Of a stretch of DNA of 64,000 nucleotides, positions 21,198-29,995 are shown one piece after another. A model generated the notes under the pieces. The model searched no databases and was not told the DNA's origin. It saw nothing but the letters and a program-made list of their open reading frames with translations. The DNA is from a virus. Each line of letters starts with the position of its first letter. Positions within the stretch are counted from its first letter, which is position 1. The position numbers and the translations under genes were made by a program. The stretch is taken from the IMG/VR virus record IMGVR_UViG_3300035053_000267, positions 1 through 64,000 of that record; one strand, written 5' to 3'.

Positions 21198-23638
21198 TAA
21201 AGATCTGCCTCCAGCCCTGATGAACCTCCAAGAATGTCAAAATCATTGTCTATTTCCTTCTTTTTAAGAAACAGTACAAGATTTCCAAGATTTGAAAAAC
21301 CGTCTTTAATAGAGGTTTCAAGCTCTGTAAGTTCCTCTTCACCATACGTTTCCGCAAATTTATCTATATGCCAATAAAACATAATCAGTATACGGCCCAG
21401 CCTGTCCAGGCCTACCATGAGATCCGATATATATTTGTTTATGGCGCTTGATATATCCATGGTCTTAATAAGACTGGCCATGATTCCGGTATCCATAACT
21501 TCTTTTTCACCGGTCTGAGCCAGCTGGAATATAGTCTGTACGTCCTTATCGTCCAACACGTTATAGTCGCTTGGGGTAGCCTTCATCTGGCCTGGAACCA
21601 TCATAGTCTTACTGGATGGACCCACGCCCATAACCCCGGGAGGGACCCCTACCATGGAATCAGCTGCCGACACAGGAATATTCGTGGAAGGTGCTATAGG
21701 AATACCTGCATCAGCGTATGGGACAGCAGTTTTAACAAACACGGAATGAAATTTATTGGAATCGGCCTCATTAAGTATACTTAGAGCCGCATTTTTACTG
21801 AGTCCGTAAGATGTCATAAGCTCTGAGACCATACTTTTACGACCGTATATGTCAGGACTGTCGGGAAACCTGTACTGCCTGTAGTCGGCCATGACAGTAA
21901 CAGGAACCAGACCTGCTGATTTTATCAGATGAGCCTCGAAACAGTCTATATCGCCCGGATACCAGTCTCTGGCACCTTCACAGCTTAGTACTTCATCTTT
22001 AGAAGGCTTGGCAATTTTGTATATTTCTACATCATCAGGGATAAAACATCCGGCGGAGTTAACTACAAATGACGCCGTCTTTCCCGGTATAAACACATGT
22101 TGATTAAGATATTTTAAAGACTCTGGAAGCTTCTCTGTATTAATATGAAGACGCTCGTGGGGAGGACTGTCGCTTACAGGATAAGAAACATTTAACCCGG
22201 ATCTTAAAACAGCTACAATATTGCCCTTCTTTTTTCCTATATAGTTAAACGGTAAACTGAATTTGTTTCCTTTCTTAAAAAAATAAACGTTTCCCGTAAC
22301 CATATTCTCTTTTTTAACTTTTGTAAATACCTTGCTCAGAGACAGATCCGGATAATCGTGTGTTGCAAGAACTGAACCCTGATCCACTATCATATCCTTT
22401 TTTGTATTAACATCTATAATACAAAGATTTTCAGTGGCACCGCTGTGAAAATCGAATCCACCATTTATAATAAAACAGTCGTGAAAAACCCCATCATCGC
22501 CAAACACTGAATAAAATCCGGTGTCTGTAGGAGTGGCCACTGCCGAGGATCCGTTTCTTGGAAGAACTGTAGACACATTAGAAGATGCCCGTTTGTCTAT
22601 AAAAGTGAAACCCTCTCTGACCAGATCCTCTCTGTGCTCTCTGGTAAGATCCCTGTTTACCAGATCGGCATTACTGTCTGTAACAACCGTTATCCTGCTG
22701 TTCGTGTCGTCTTTTGAGGAAACTTTTCTTAAAGCCGGATTCAAAGGAGCCACAGTAATCATGCTCAATCTGTTTCTCAGATCGTTGGCATTGTTTATTC
22801 CACGTGATTTGAGCAAGTCTATGACATCCCCTACAGGACGGGCTCCCCTGTAGAACCCCCTGGCAGCTATATTGCGTACATAATAGTTAAACAAAGCCCT
22901 GTCTATGTCCTTTTCTTTAAGCTCGTCATCAGATGGCGGCCGCAGTTCTTTCTTATTTTCAGACGATACATCGTCATAAACCAAATCATCGGCCTGTATG
23001 TGCTCTTTCATCAAATCAGCAAACTTTTTGTTCTCACGTATGGTGTTTGCGACTATTTTAAGAGGAAATTCGCCGTATTCCCTGACAACAGAGGCCAATT
23101 TAGTTCTTTCTGCGGATTTTTTATATATTTCAGAATTGGGAGACGCATAAAATAATGGCAGACAAGGTCTTATGTCAAATTTACTGCCTATCAGGCATTT
23201 CCCGTATACATTATCTGTACCGTCATATTCACAAAACGAGTTTTTTGAGAACGGACTGTCAAAATACTCATTAAAAGACGGCTCATATTTGGCTAGGTCG
23301 CTCATAGTGGTTTCGTCTGGGCCTCCCATGACCGAAGGTTTGCGGGATAAAATATAGTTTACCCAATTCTCCTCCAGGGGAACTACTGTGTTCTTGCTTT
23401 TAATATAGATACTGTCACAGCCTTTAAGCTCTCCCCTGATAAAGAAGGACACTACATACAGCCAGGTTTTTTCAATCTTTATACCAAATACCCCCGCTGC
23501 TTTAGTGTCATCTTCATTTTTATCTAACAACTGAAAACCAATAAGATAATCAAGAAGTTTAGGGGCTCTGTCCCGCAAATGTACATAGGCCAGATTAGAG
23601 AAAGTGGTCTCGAATTGAGCTTCATCAGCACTAGGCAT
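21197..23638 (-). CDS. Large putative virion structural protein
   Basis: 813 aa, first gene of operon, K-x-A motifs. Confidence 0.6.
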   Translation of the reverse strand: MPSADEAQFETTFSNLAYVHLRDRAPKLLDYLIGFQLLDKNEDDTKAAGVFGIKIEKTWLYVVSFFIRGELKGCDSIYIKSKNTVVPLEENWVNYILSRKPSVMGGPDETTMSDLAKYEPSFNEYFDSPFSKNSFCEYDGTDNVYGKCLIGSKFDIRPCLPLFYASPNSEIYKKSAERTKLASVVREYGEFPLKIVANTIRENKKFADLMKEHIQADDLVYDDVSSENKKELRPPSDDELKEKDIDRALFNYYVRNIAARGFYRGARPVGDVIDLLKSRGINNANDLRNRLSMITVAPLNPALRKVSSKDDTNSRITVVTDSNADLVNRDLTREHREDLVREGFTFIDKRASSNVSTVLPRNGSSAVATPTDTGFYSVFGDDGVFHDCFIINGGFDFHSGATENLCIIDVNTKKDMIVDQGSVLATHDYPDLSLSKVFTKVKKENMVTGNVYFFKKGNKFSLPFNYIGKKKGNIVAVLRSGLNVSYPVSDSPPHERLHINTEKLPESLKYLNQHVFIPGKTASFVVNSAGCFIPDDVEIYKIAKPSKDEVLSCEGARDWYPGDIDCFEAHLIKSAGLVPVTVMADYRQYRFPDSPDIYGRKSMVSELMTSYGLSKNAALSILNEADSNKFHSVFVKTAVPYADAGIPIAPSTNIPVSAADSMVGVPPGVMGVGPSSKTMMVPGQMKATPSDYNVLDDKDVQTIFQLAQTGEKEVMDTGIMASLIKTMDISSAINKYISDLMVGLDRLGRILIMFYWHIDKFAETYGEEELTELETSIKDGFSNLGNLVLFLKKKEIDNDFDILGGSSGLEADL

Positions 23639-23684
23639 AGCTTGATTCCTGTTTAAAATCTTCTAATATGTTGCAACTGTTAAT

Positions 23685-23714
23685 ACTATACCATATGTGT
23701 ATTTGTACAGTCAA
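23685..23714 (-). promoter_or_regulatory. Sigma70-like promoter
   Basis: TTGACT-18-TATAGT with TG extension, upstream of 23638. Confidence 0.45.
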
Positions 23715-23783
23715 ACCCTTATTAAAACACATTCTGATAGGCCCCGAATTCCAAAAATAGGCATAGTGCAGATCCTATTCGGC

Positions 23784-23801
23784 TTTGATATGCATATCAA
23801 A
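23784..23801. promoter_or_regulatory. 18-bp perfect palindrome (operator-like)
   Basis: TTTGATATGCATATCAAA; identical copy at 49704-49721, variants at 11076 and 5887. Confidence 0.5.
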
Positions 23802-23890
23802 ACTTTAAATAGGTAAAAAAAAACAAAACAGCAATAATGGCCATAAAGTACAGCGCCCCGCAATAAAGCAAGGCGCTGCGATCAATTAAA

Positions 23891-24127
23891 CTATTCCTGA
23901 TCTGTATCGGAATCTTCCAGCTGCCAATCGGGTGTCCATATAGGGTTCGGCTCTCTATCTATAAGTGTAAATGCTGTATCACAATACCGACATCTGAGAT
24001 TAGCCCCTATCTTAACTTCGTCATTATTGGCATGATTCTCATCATAGTCCTTTTTAATAGAGGCAAAACAACACCTCATAACCCCGCCTGTTTTAACTCT
24101 GGTATCAGTAAATTTTACTTTTTTCAT
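23891..24127 (-). CDS. Small Cys-rich hypothetical protein
   Basis: GGVMRCC...CRYC. Confidence 0.6.
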   Translation of the reverse strand: MKKVKFTDTRVKTGGVMRCCFASIKKDYDENHANNDEVKIGANLRCRYCDTAFTLIDREPNPIWTPDWQLEDSDTDQE

Positions 24128-24294
24128 TTTATTACCTTTGAGCAGGGCCTGCAACAGCAGTCATTAACCACAAAATCATGCACCATATCCAAGGCCTGCT
24201 TTGATTTATCCGGATCATCCGTCTCGTGCGAATACCTATTATACAGTTTATTGGCCATATTATAGACTATTTCCAACGCTTCTTCGGTTTCCAT
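24124..24294 (-). CDS. Small hypothetical protein
   Basis: METEEALEIVY with AGGA RBS. Confidence 0.5.
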   Translation of the reverse strand: METEEALEIVYNMANKLYNRYSHETDDPDKSKQALDMVHDFVVNDCCCRPCSKVIK

Positions 24295-24526
24295 GATTTC
24301 CTTTCTTTTTAAATAAACCAACAAAAAACTCGATAACACGACTATAGAGAGACTGTTTACTGTTTTTAGCTTGCTCTATAAGATCATGCTCATAAACACC
24401 GCAGTAAATGCATCTTCGCATGCCTGTACACGGAATTTGTCCCGACCATGCAAAAGAGTGTTCATTACAGGTAATTGTTTCTATTTTGCCCAGCCACATA
24501 ATAGTTCTAACACATCTAGTTATCAT
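24260..24526 (-). CDS. Small Zn-finger-like protein
   Basis: CNEH...PCTG.RRCIYCG. Confidence 0.55.
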   Translation of the reverse strand: MITRCVRTIMWLGKIETITCNEHSFAWSGQIPCTGMRRCIYCGVYEHDLIEQAKNSKQSLYSRVIEFFVGLFKKKGNHGNRRSVGNSL

Positions 24527-24582
24527 AAAAAAATAATCTCTCTGCCTGTTATTCGGAACCGTGACTCTTTTCGTTGAAGCGG

Positions 24583-24873
24583 CTACAGTTCCAGCCGATC
24601 AATCATATTGTTCACACGGTCGCCAGTCGCGGCAACCTTATCCGCAAACGACATGAGCCTCTCCGCAAGCGGTACGAGCTGCGGGCACTCGGAGCACGTG
24701 CCATGGTCGATCGGCGGCTCCTAGCGGAGCACGGCGTGAAGGCGATCCTCCAGCCGCCCCATGCTGCCGTCCACCTGGCTCATGGCTTTTTCGATCCCTT
24801 CCATCTGTTCGTTTACCTGCGACGTCCGTTGCTTCTCCGCATTATATACTGGTGTCATTTCATTGTTCGCCAT
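24583..24873 (-). pseudogene. Coiled-coil phage gene with internal in-frame TAG
   Basis: MANNEM...HAVLR*EPPID...RLEL*; TAG at 24721-24723; AGGAG RBS. Confidence 0.55.
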
Positions 24874-24953
24874 TGTTCATCTCCTTTTATTCATTTCCTC
24901 TGTGGCCTTACACAGCCTCATGCGCTGCGTACTTCGTTCTCATCGGACGATAG

Positions 24954-25256
24954 TTATCGCATCGCTTGCACTTCTAATTCATCTTTTTCCTTTACTGACG
25001 TTCTGTGCTCGTTGGAATATGTACAATAAGCCGAAATATGCTCCGGTTTATCAGTATATCCTCGCAGGATAATTACGTGCGCGGCAATCTCTTCTACCTT
25101 ACAGTCTTTGGCGACGAAACGGACAGCCTTTCCTTCCGAGTCCATCACGAGGAACGTCCCGTCCCTCCCAAGACAGATAGTAGATAAAGGAAACTTGTCC
25201 TGCTCCTTTCTGCCAAGATATTCAATCATTACATCGTAGAGTTTATTCATTGTCAT
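24954..25256 (-). CDS. Hypothetical protein
   Basis: ORF with AGGAG RBS. Confidence 0.55.
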   Translation of the reverse strand: MTMNKLYDVMIEYLGRKEQDKFPLSTICLGRDGTFLVMDSEGKAVRFVAKDCKVEEIAAHVIILRGYTDKPEHISAYCTYSNEHRTSVKEKDELEVQAMR

Positions 25257-25275
25257 CCGCTCCTTTTTTCAATGC

Positions 25276-25533
25276 TCAACTTATTGTTGACGAAGAAACA
25301 TCCTCTGCCGAAACGATCCGATACTGTGATGCCCCATATCCCATATAGCACATCAGCATCTCGACTGCTTGCACTGCGTTTGCTCGACAAACCGTAAAGA
25401 CAATTTCTTTCGCCTTAAATGGATATTTGCGCACTTTATATGGCCTTACCGTTACTTGACAATATCTTTTCACATTTTTCCCTCCTGCTTGCGCCCAACA
25501 AAAATTTACTTCATCTCGCTTAAAACCGTTCAA
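25276..25533 (-). CDS. Hypothetical protein
   Basis: ORF; start uncertain. Confidence 0.45.
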   Translation of the reverse strand: MNGFKRDEVNFCWAQAGGKNVKRYCQVTVRPYKVRKYPFKAKEIVFTVCRANAVQAVEMLMCYMGYGASQYRIVSAEDVSSSTIS

Positions 25534-26372
25534 GATGCGTACTGTTTGGTAGCCTGTTTATACTTTAATGTGATCCCAGCTAAGGTAAGCACCCGCTTCA
25601 ATAGATATAACAAGATATTACAGCAGGATCCGTCACAGTGCTTACGGTGGTCGTCAGCTAATCGGATCGCGTTCTCTTTGATTGCTTGTTTTTCTGTAAT
25701 ATGCTCTATTTCATTGTTTTTTATTTTAATCGAGCTGGTGACACTTGCCCCACATGAGCTGCATTCTCCGTGCTTAGTAGTCGTACAAAGATGCGTAGCA
25801 GGATCAAGATCATTAAATAACTCACGATAACATCTCTCGCATAAAATCTGATCACCATTCACAACAATCAGCTCGTAGACTTTCGGAAGAGGCAAATCAT
25901 CTATAGCCCTTCCACACTTGATGCATCGCGTTTTCATTCCGGTCCCTGTCCCGTCAGGCAGGCATGAGATTGTATTATCAAACCACGTCTCATTGTGCCC
26001 GCACCACGGGCAAGACCAGACCTCCGCAGGCTTATTGCCGTGTTCGGTGGCATTATGTCGCCCTTCGGTTTGCCCATCAGCAGGATGCTCACTGCCTTGC
26101 TGCTCAGCAGTAGCGCCGAGCAGATCAACATCCAGCGTGTCCACTCGCACCAGTTTGACCAGCGTTTGCGGGCATCCATAGTCACATCTCATCATCCACC
26201 GCAGGGCATCTTCATGCGTCCCCGCCTGATGAGCCACCGAAAACCCCTCGCAACCATAGTCAGCCAGCACAAGGTAGTCGCCTTCGTCATCCTTAATTTT
26301 GTCGCTTCCGTTAAAGATCATCATTCTCCTTTCATGCCCAAAAAGATGGATTATTTTAACTAGTTTCCACAA
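25530..26372 (-). CDS. Hypothetical mosaic protein with Zn ribbons
   Basis: CPWC...CIKC and CERC...CSSC; looks like several small genes fused. Confidence 0.5.
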   Translation of the reverse strand: MWKLVKIIHLFGHERRMMIFNGSDKIKDDEGDYLVLADYGCEGFSVAHQAGTHEDALRWMMRCDYGCPQTLVKLVRVDTLDVDLLGATAEQQGSEHPADGQTEGRHNATEHGNKPAEVWSCPWCGHNETWFDNTISCLPDGTGTGMKTRCIKCGRAIDDLPLPKVYELIVVNGDQILCERCYRELFNDLDPATHLCTTTKHGECSSCGASVTSSIKIKNNEIEHITEKQAIKENAIRLADDHRKHCDGSCCNILLYLLKRVLTLAGITLKYKQATKQYAS

Positions 26373-26656
26373 TCTTTCCGTGAGCCTATTTCAGTTTCCA
26401 GCGCGACTATAATGCTGCGTGCCATATAAACAAGATGCTCATCCTCATTTTCATATTGTGACACATATTTTATCTCGTCACGAACGCGCCTCAGATTATC
26501 TGCCGAAAACATATTTATTCCGGACATTAATGTGAGAAAAGCGTCGTACAACTTGAACGCATCCAGCTGCTCAAGCATGGTTCTATTAGAAACTATAGTT
26601 CTAATGTTATCTATTTTATCCTGTAGTTCTTTACAGTTTTTGCAATATTCGCTCAT
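26360..26656 (-). CDS. Hypothetical protein
   Basis: Start MSEYCKNC. Confidence 0.55.
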   Translation of the reverse strand: MSEYCKNCKELQDKIDNIRTIVSNRTMLEQLDAFKLYDAFLTLMSGINMFSADNLRRVRDEIKYVSQYENEDEHLVYMARSIIVALETEIGSRKDCGN

Positions 26657-26676
26657 TTTTCGCTCTTTTTTATTAA

Positions 26677-27234
26677 TTATCGCTGGTTGGCAACACGGCG
26701 AATCCCGAAGTCCTTGGCCTTGATCTTCACCTTTCGTCCATCGTCGTGCCACCATACCACGCCCTCGATATCGCTCCCCGGTCCCTTGAACCACTCCCGC
26801 AGTTTGTCGAAGGTGCGTGGTGCGGCAACGGGATGCTGACCGTGCGGAACGAGCGTATGCGAGTTAAATCCTTCTGGGTTGCCTTGCACCTTTGGCCCAA
26901 TCAGTTCATAAGTGCCGTCCGGTTCTTCCCCGGTAAACGCTTCACGGAACCAGCGGTCTTCCGGCCCGTCTCCAACCGGACGCCATCCCTGCTGCTTGCC
27001 CGTATTCGGGTCAATATCGCAAGCAGGCTCAAAGTCAGGCGGAAAGGCCTTACCTCGCTTCACTTCATATCGCTTGAACAGTTGTCCATTACGCACCATG
27101 CAGCACATCCCGTCCCACTTCCGAGTTGCGGTGCCTTCACCGTTCAGTACCCATTCAGCACCTGGTACGACTTCATCCCTCACGAGTCTATCCGTCTCAT
27201 AATTTCTCTGAAACAAGCTGATAATCTTCTGCAT
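26677..27234 (-). CDS. RNA ligase-like nucleotidyltransferase
   Basis: Motif I TRKWDG, YELIG, EGVVW, KIKAKDF; ATG 27234 with AGGAGA RBS. Confidence 0.7.
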   Translation of the reverse strand: MQKIISLFQRNYETDRLVRDEVVPGAEWVLNGEGTATRKWDGMCCMVRNGQLFKRYEVKRGKAFPPDFEPACDIDPNTGKQQGWRPVGDGPEDRWFREAFTGEEPDGTYELIGPKVQGNPEGFNSHTLVPHGQHPVAAPRTFDKLREWFKGPGSDIEGVVWWHDDGRKVKIKAKDFGIRRVANQR

Positions 27235-27565
27235 TACTGTTCTCCTTTTGTTCTTTCTTCTTATCGTTCGCAGTTTATACATGTACCGCACTGTTGGGCA
27301 GATAATGCCCGCGACACTCATCTTGCTGCGGAGCGCATAGCCTGCCATCAGTTACCATGAGCAACACGTCTCGACATGTTAATTTCAATCGCACACGGTA
27401 TGCGGTTGGATGCCAAACATACCAGGCCGCTGATTCATTGCGGTACTGCCGCAGGTCTGAGCCGGTTGACCGCATTGCGGACAGTGCCCGAGACTGACGG
27501 GCAAAGCGCTGGGCTGTTGCCTTTATTCGCTTTCTTTGCTCACTCACTCCTAAACCTCACTTTCA

Positions 27566-27694
27566 GAGACAAAGGGACGAGTCATGCCGCCCGGCATCGG
27601 TCAATCGTGTGCGCACACGCAGTGGCAAAGCTGCGAACGGCGTCCCGTTGCCCTTGTCCGGCAGGACTCGAACCTGCGACCCGATCCCTGTCTC
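27566..27694 (-). ncRNA. Candidate structured ncRNA with tRNA-like T-arm
   Basis: Closing stem GAGACA..GGGA/TCCCTGTCTC, four internal hairpins, GCAGG-TTCGAGT-CCTGC. Confidence 0.4.
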
Positions 27695-27712
27695 AAAGTT
27701 GTCAATATACGC

Positions 27713-27771
27713 CTCCAACAAGGCGCAGCAAGCGACTCCGCTTCGCTACGCGCTTGAGCTAGTTGTTCGCG
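27713..27771 (+). repeat. attC-like site
   Basis: CTCCAAC...GTTCGCG, 59 bp; near-identical to 30532 and 34333. Confidence 0.8.
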
Positions 27772-27965
27772 ATAAAGTTCTTTCCTTCAATACCGCAGTT
27801 CAGGCTTTTTGGCTTGATCGGGCGTTTGCGTTGCGTTTCACGACGTGCCAAAAACGGAGACGCAAAATGACATAGCTCGTCCCGCCAGTGCAGGCAGTCT
27901 TCGCATTTTGGATAACAAGTCAATTCAGGGGACATGTGCCCCGCTGTGCGTTTCGTGTTACTCAT
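27759..27965 (-). CDS. Cassette ORF, Cys-rich
   Basis: Starts inside site 27910; ends ANN* inside site 27713. Confidence 0.5.
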   Translation of the reverse strand: MSNTKRTAGHMSPELTCYPKCEDCLHWRDELCHFASPFLARRETQRKRPIKPKSLNCGIEGKNFIANN

Positions 27966-28010
27966 GATCGTTCTCCCTGGGGCACATGCCCCTGATTTCC
28001 GGCATTGGGC
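27910..28010 (+). repeat. attC-like site (degenerate R')
   Basis: GGATAAC...TCAGGGGACATGTGCCCC/GGGGCACATGCCCCTGA...ATTGGGC. Confidence 0.65.
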
Positions 28011-28192
28011 GGCACACGACAGCCACACCACGGGCAATACCGTATTGCTGGCAAACTGATGGCAACGCCATTCAGGGCCGCATGCTTACATGATGCGTGG
28101 AGTTTGCCCCAATTAGGAACAAACTTGCCACATTTACAGCGTCCAACCATGCGCCCAACAAGGCGCTGGACCGCTACAAAAAATCCGCTCAT
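27962..28192 (-). CDS. Cassette ORF, Zn-ribbon-like
   Basis: RBS and ATG inside site 28153; YCPWCG. Confidence 0.55.
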   Translation of the reverse strand: MSGFFVAVQRLVGRMVGRCKCGKFVPNWGKLHASCKHAALNGVAISLPAIRYCPWCGCRVPPNAGNQGHVPQGERS

Positions 28193-28231
28193 ACTTCGCT
28201 CCTTTTTTGATGGTCAGCTTGTGCGTTCGGC
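28153..28231 (+). repeat. attC-like site
   Basis: GCCCAAC AAGGC GCTGGACC...GGTCAGC TTGTGC GTTCGGC. Confidence 0.85.
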
Positions 28232-28322
28232 ATCAGGCACCCCGGCATGGGAACGGGCATCGGGGAATCGAACCCCAAGCAGCCAGCCATACGCCCGTCA
28301 GGTTTGCCTACCCGTGCCTGAT
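28232..28322 (-). ncRNA. Non-coding cassette with tRNA-like minihelix
   Basis: Terminal IR ATCAGGCAC/GTGCCTGAT; ACGGGCGT/ATGCCCGT stem; GGGG-TTCGATT-CCCC. Confidence 0.45.
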
Positions 28323-28384
28323 TCCGAACAAATCGTTTCACAAACTACCTCGCTTCGCTCGGAGTGTGAACTCCGGCGTTGGGG
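28323..28384 (+). repeat. attC-like site
   Basis: TCCGAAC AAATC GTTTCACA...TGTGAAC TCCGGC GTTGGGG. Confidence 0.85.
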
Positions 28385-28536
28385 CGACCAAGAATCTCGC
28401 GCACAAGGCGCATCCACTCGCCCTTGATTTCGTTCTGAATCTTCTCGTCGATCTGTTCCCACTCTTGCCGCAACCCGCGCCTGTCGGTGAAGTCGGTCAC
28501 TATCGCATCAACAATCAGTTCTGCCGTCTTGTCCAT
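28345..28536 (-). CDS. Cassette ORF, hypothetical
   Basis: MDKTAEL...DFTDRRGLRQEWEQID; GGAGGA RBS. Confidence 0.6.
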   Translation of the reverse strand: MDKTAELIVDAIVTDFTDRRGLRQEWEQIDEKIQNEIKGEWMRLVREILGRPNAGVHTPSEAR

Positions 28537-28553
28537 CCTGTCCTCCATTTTTG

Positions 28554-28613
28554 CCCCAACAAAGGGCTGCAATCTACCTCGCTTCGCTCGGAGCTTGAGC
28601 CCCGGCGTTGAAC
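28554..28613 (+). repeat. attC-like site
   Basis: CCCCAAC AAAGG GCTGCAAT...CTTGAGC CCCGGC GTTGAAC; same family as 31263 and 34798. Confidence 0.85.
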
Positions 28614-28643
28614 TTGACATCCGCCAGCCTCCTGTGGTATTCT
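28614..28643 (+). promoter_or_regulatory. Cassette-internal sigma70-like promoter
   Basis: TTGACA-18-TATTCT with TG extension. Confidence 0.55.
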
Positions 28644-28677
28644 TCGCTCGTGTTTGACCTTTAATAGGAGTCTCGTT

Positions 28678-29163
28678 ATGACACCATATGAACTTGGAAT
28701 TAAAGTTGCACAACAACGCAACGTGTCCGGACACCTGAAGCAGGCGTACGCCCAGGGGCTTGCGGAGGTGTTTGAGAAGAGGGCCTTTTTGGGACTCGGA
28801 CGCCCAAAACAGCGTCCCCAAGCGCCTACTTACACGCCGCCGGTGATGCCCGATTTTCGCCTGGATCCGAACTTTGAACAGAAGGTTCTAGCCGCCATGC
28901 GTAAGGAATGGGGCGAAAGTTTCAACCCAGGAAACTGGACTAACGTCGACGTCGCCGACGGTACTGACGAATTCGATACTATGGAATCCGCCTTGGCTCT
29001 GCAGGAGGCGCTCGGCCTCCCGGTAAGCCTGGACAACATACCGGACGAATTGATGCCGATTGGCGACGCCGCAGCAGACTGGCGCCCGCTCCTCTCTGAA
29101 TTGCAACGTGCTCTAAAAGCCCAACAAGGTGCTCCAGCTTACTCCGCTTCGCTCCGAAGCTGA
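28678..29163 (+). CDS. K-x-A-leader protein with acyl-carrier-protein-like C-domain
   Basis: AGGAG RBS 28666-70; GTDEFDTMESALALQEALG...IPDE versus ACP GADSLDTVELVMALEEEF..EIPDE. Confidence 0.6.
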   Translation: MTPYELGIKVAQQRNVSGHLKQAYAQGLAEVFEKRAFLGLGRPKQRPQAPTYTPPVMPDFRLDPNFEQKVLAAMRKEWGESFNPGNWTNVDVADGTDEFDTMESALALQEALGLPVSLDNIPDELMPIGDAAADWRPLLSELQRALKAQQGAPAYSASLRS

Positions 29164-29178
29164 GCTTGATCGTTGAGT
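29119..29178 (+). repeat. attC-like site (canonical architecture)
   Basis: GCCCAAC AAGGT GCTCCAGC...GCTGAGC TTGATC GTTGAGT. Confidence 0.9.
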
Positions 29179-29504
29179 TTCTTAGAAGATAAAACTCCGC
29201 AAAGCAGCACAGCTTTATCATCTTCGTTGCTGCATCCTTCTTCAATGAGACCGGCCGCTGTTTCAAGCCCGCTGTTGTACGCATGGCATTCTGCACAGGC
29301 GTATATTCGCAATCCGCACCTATCTCCTTTCCAATACGCTTTTTCATTTCCGCAGTCGCATGGTATATTCATCTCATTACTTTCCTCGTTAAAACCCAAC
29401 AAGGTGTCGGTGCGTATATCCGAAAGGGCACGTTCTGCATCCATATCCGGGTCCATGCTCATTAACTCAGTAATCAATTTCTTGACCGTCAGCCTGGCCG
29501 TCAT
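29139..29504 (-). CDS. Cassette ORF, hypothetical
   Basis: Ends LNDQAQLRSEAE* inside site 29119. Confidence 0.55.
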   Translation of the reverse strand: MTARLTVKKLITELMSMDPDMDAERALSDIRTDTLLGFNEESNEMNIPCDCGNEKAYWKGDRCGLRIYACAECHAYNSGLETAAGLIEEGCSNEDDKAVLLCGVLSSKKLNDQAQLRSEAE

Positions 29505-29683
29505 TTTGGCTCTCCTGTTTTATTGTTCATTAACGCTTGTTCTGCCGCCTTGACGTGCTCGCAACATTGTCCGGTGTTTGCTTCACAGCGACATTCAAGC
29601 AGCCCGCGTAACGCCGCTCGCAATACCGAACAGTCGCATTGAGTGGGTACTTGCGCCCCGCTCGCGTTTTCTACATCACTCAT
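29501..29683 (-). CDS. Small hypothetical protein
   Basis: AGGAG RBS; stop overlaps next start. Confidence 0.5.
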   Translation of the reverse strand: MSDVENASGAQVPTQCDCSVLRAALRGLLECRCEANTGQCCEHVKAAEQALMNNKTGEPK

Positions 29684-29995
29684 GGTTTACTCCTTAGGGC
29701 AACTGCCCTTGATTTGTGGCGCTCACAACATCCAAGATGCGCCCGATCACGGGATGGCTTTTAATTTTATACGGTTTTTAAAAGAATATAAAGCCATTGA
29801 AGCACATTAACCACCAGCCACACAGCGCCAGCGATAACTGCTACGTTAATAAGAAATGTGAGCGCGATCATAATTATACGCACGGCTATAAATTGTTTGG
29901 AATTTACCATTTTATCCCTTTCACTTCATTATTCATTTAAAAAATAATCCGCGTGACGATGTCTACTTCTTCTTAACTGCGCCCATATCTGAACC

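Noticed and set aside
24583-24873. Stop-codon reassignment (TAG or TGA)
   Set aside because: Only isolated in-frame stops; long core genes are uninterrupted, and TAG and TGA end many genes normally.
27655-27690. tRNA genes at 27.66 kb and 28.27 kb
   Set aside because: Only T-arm or minihelix present; no D-arm or anticodon arm.
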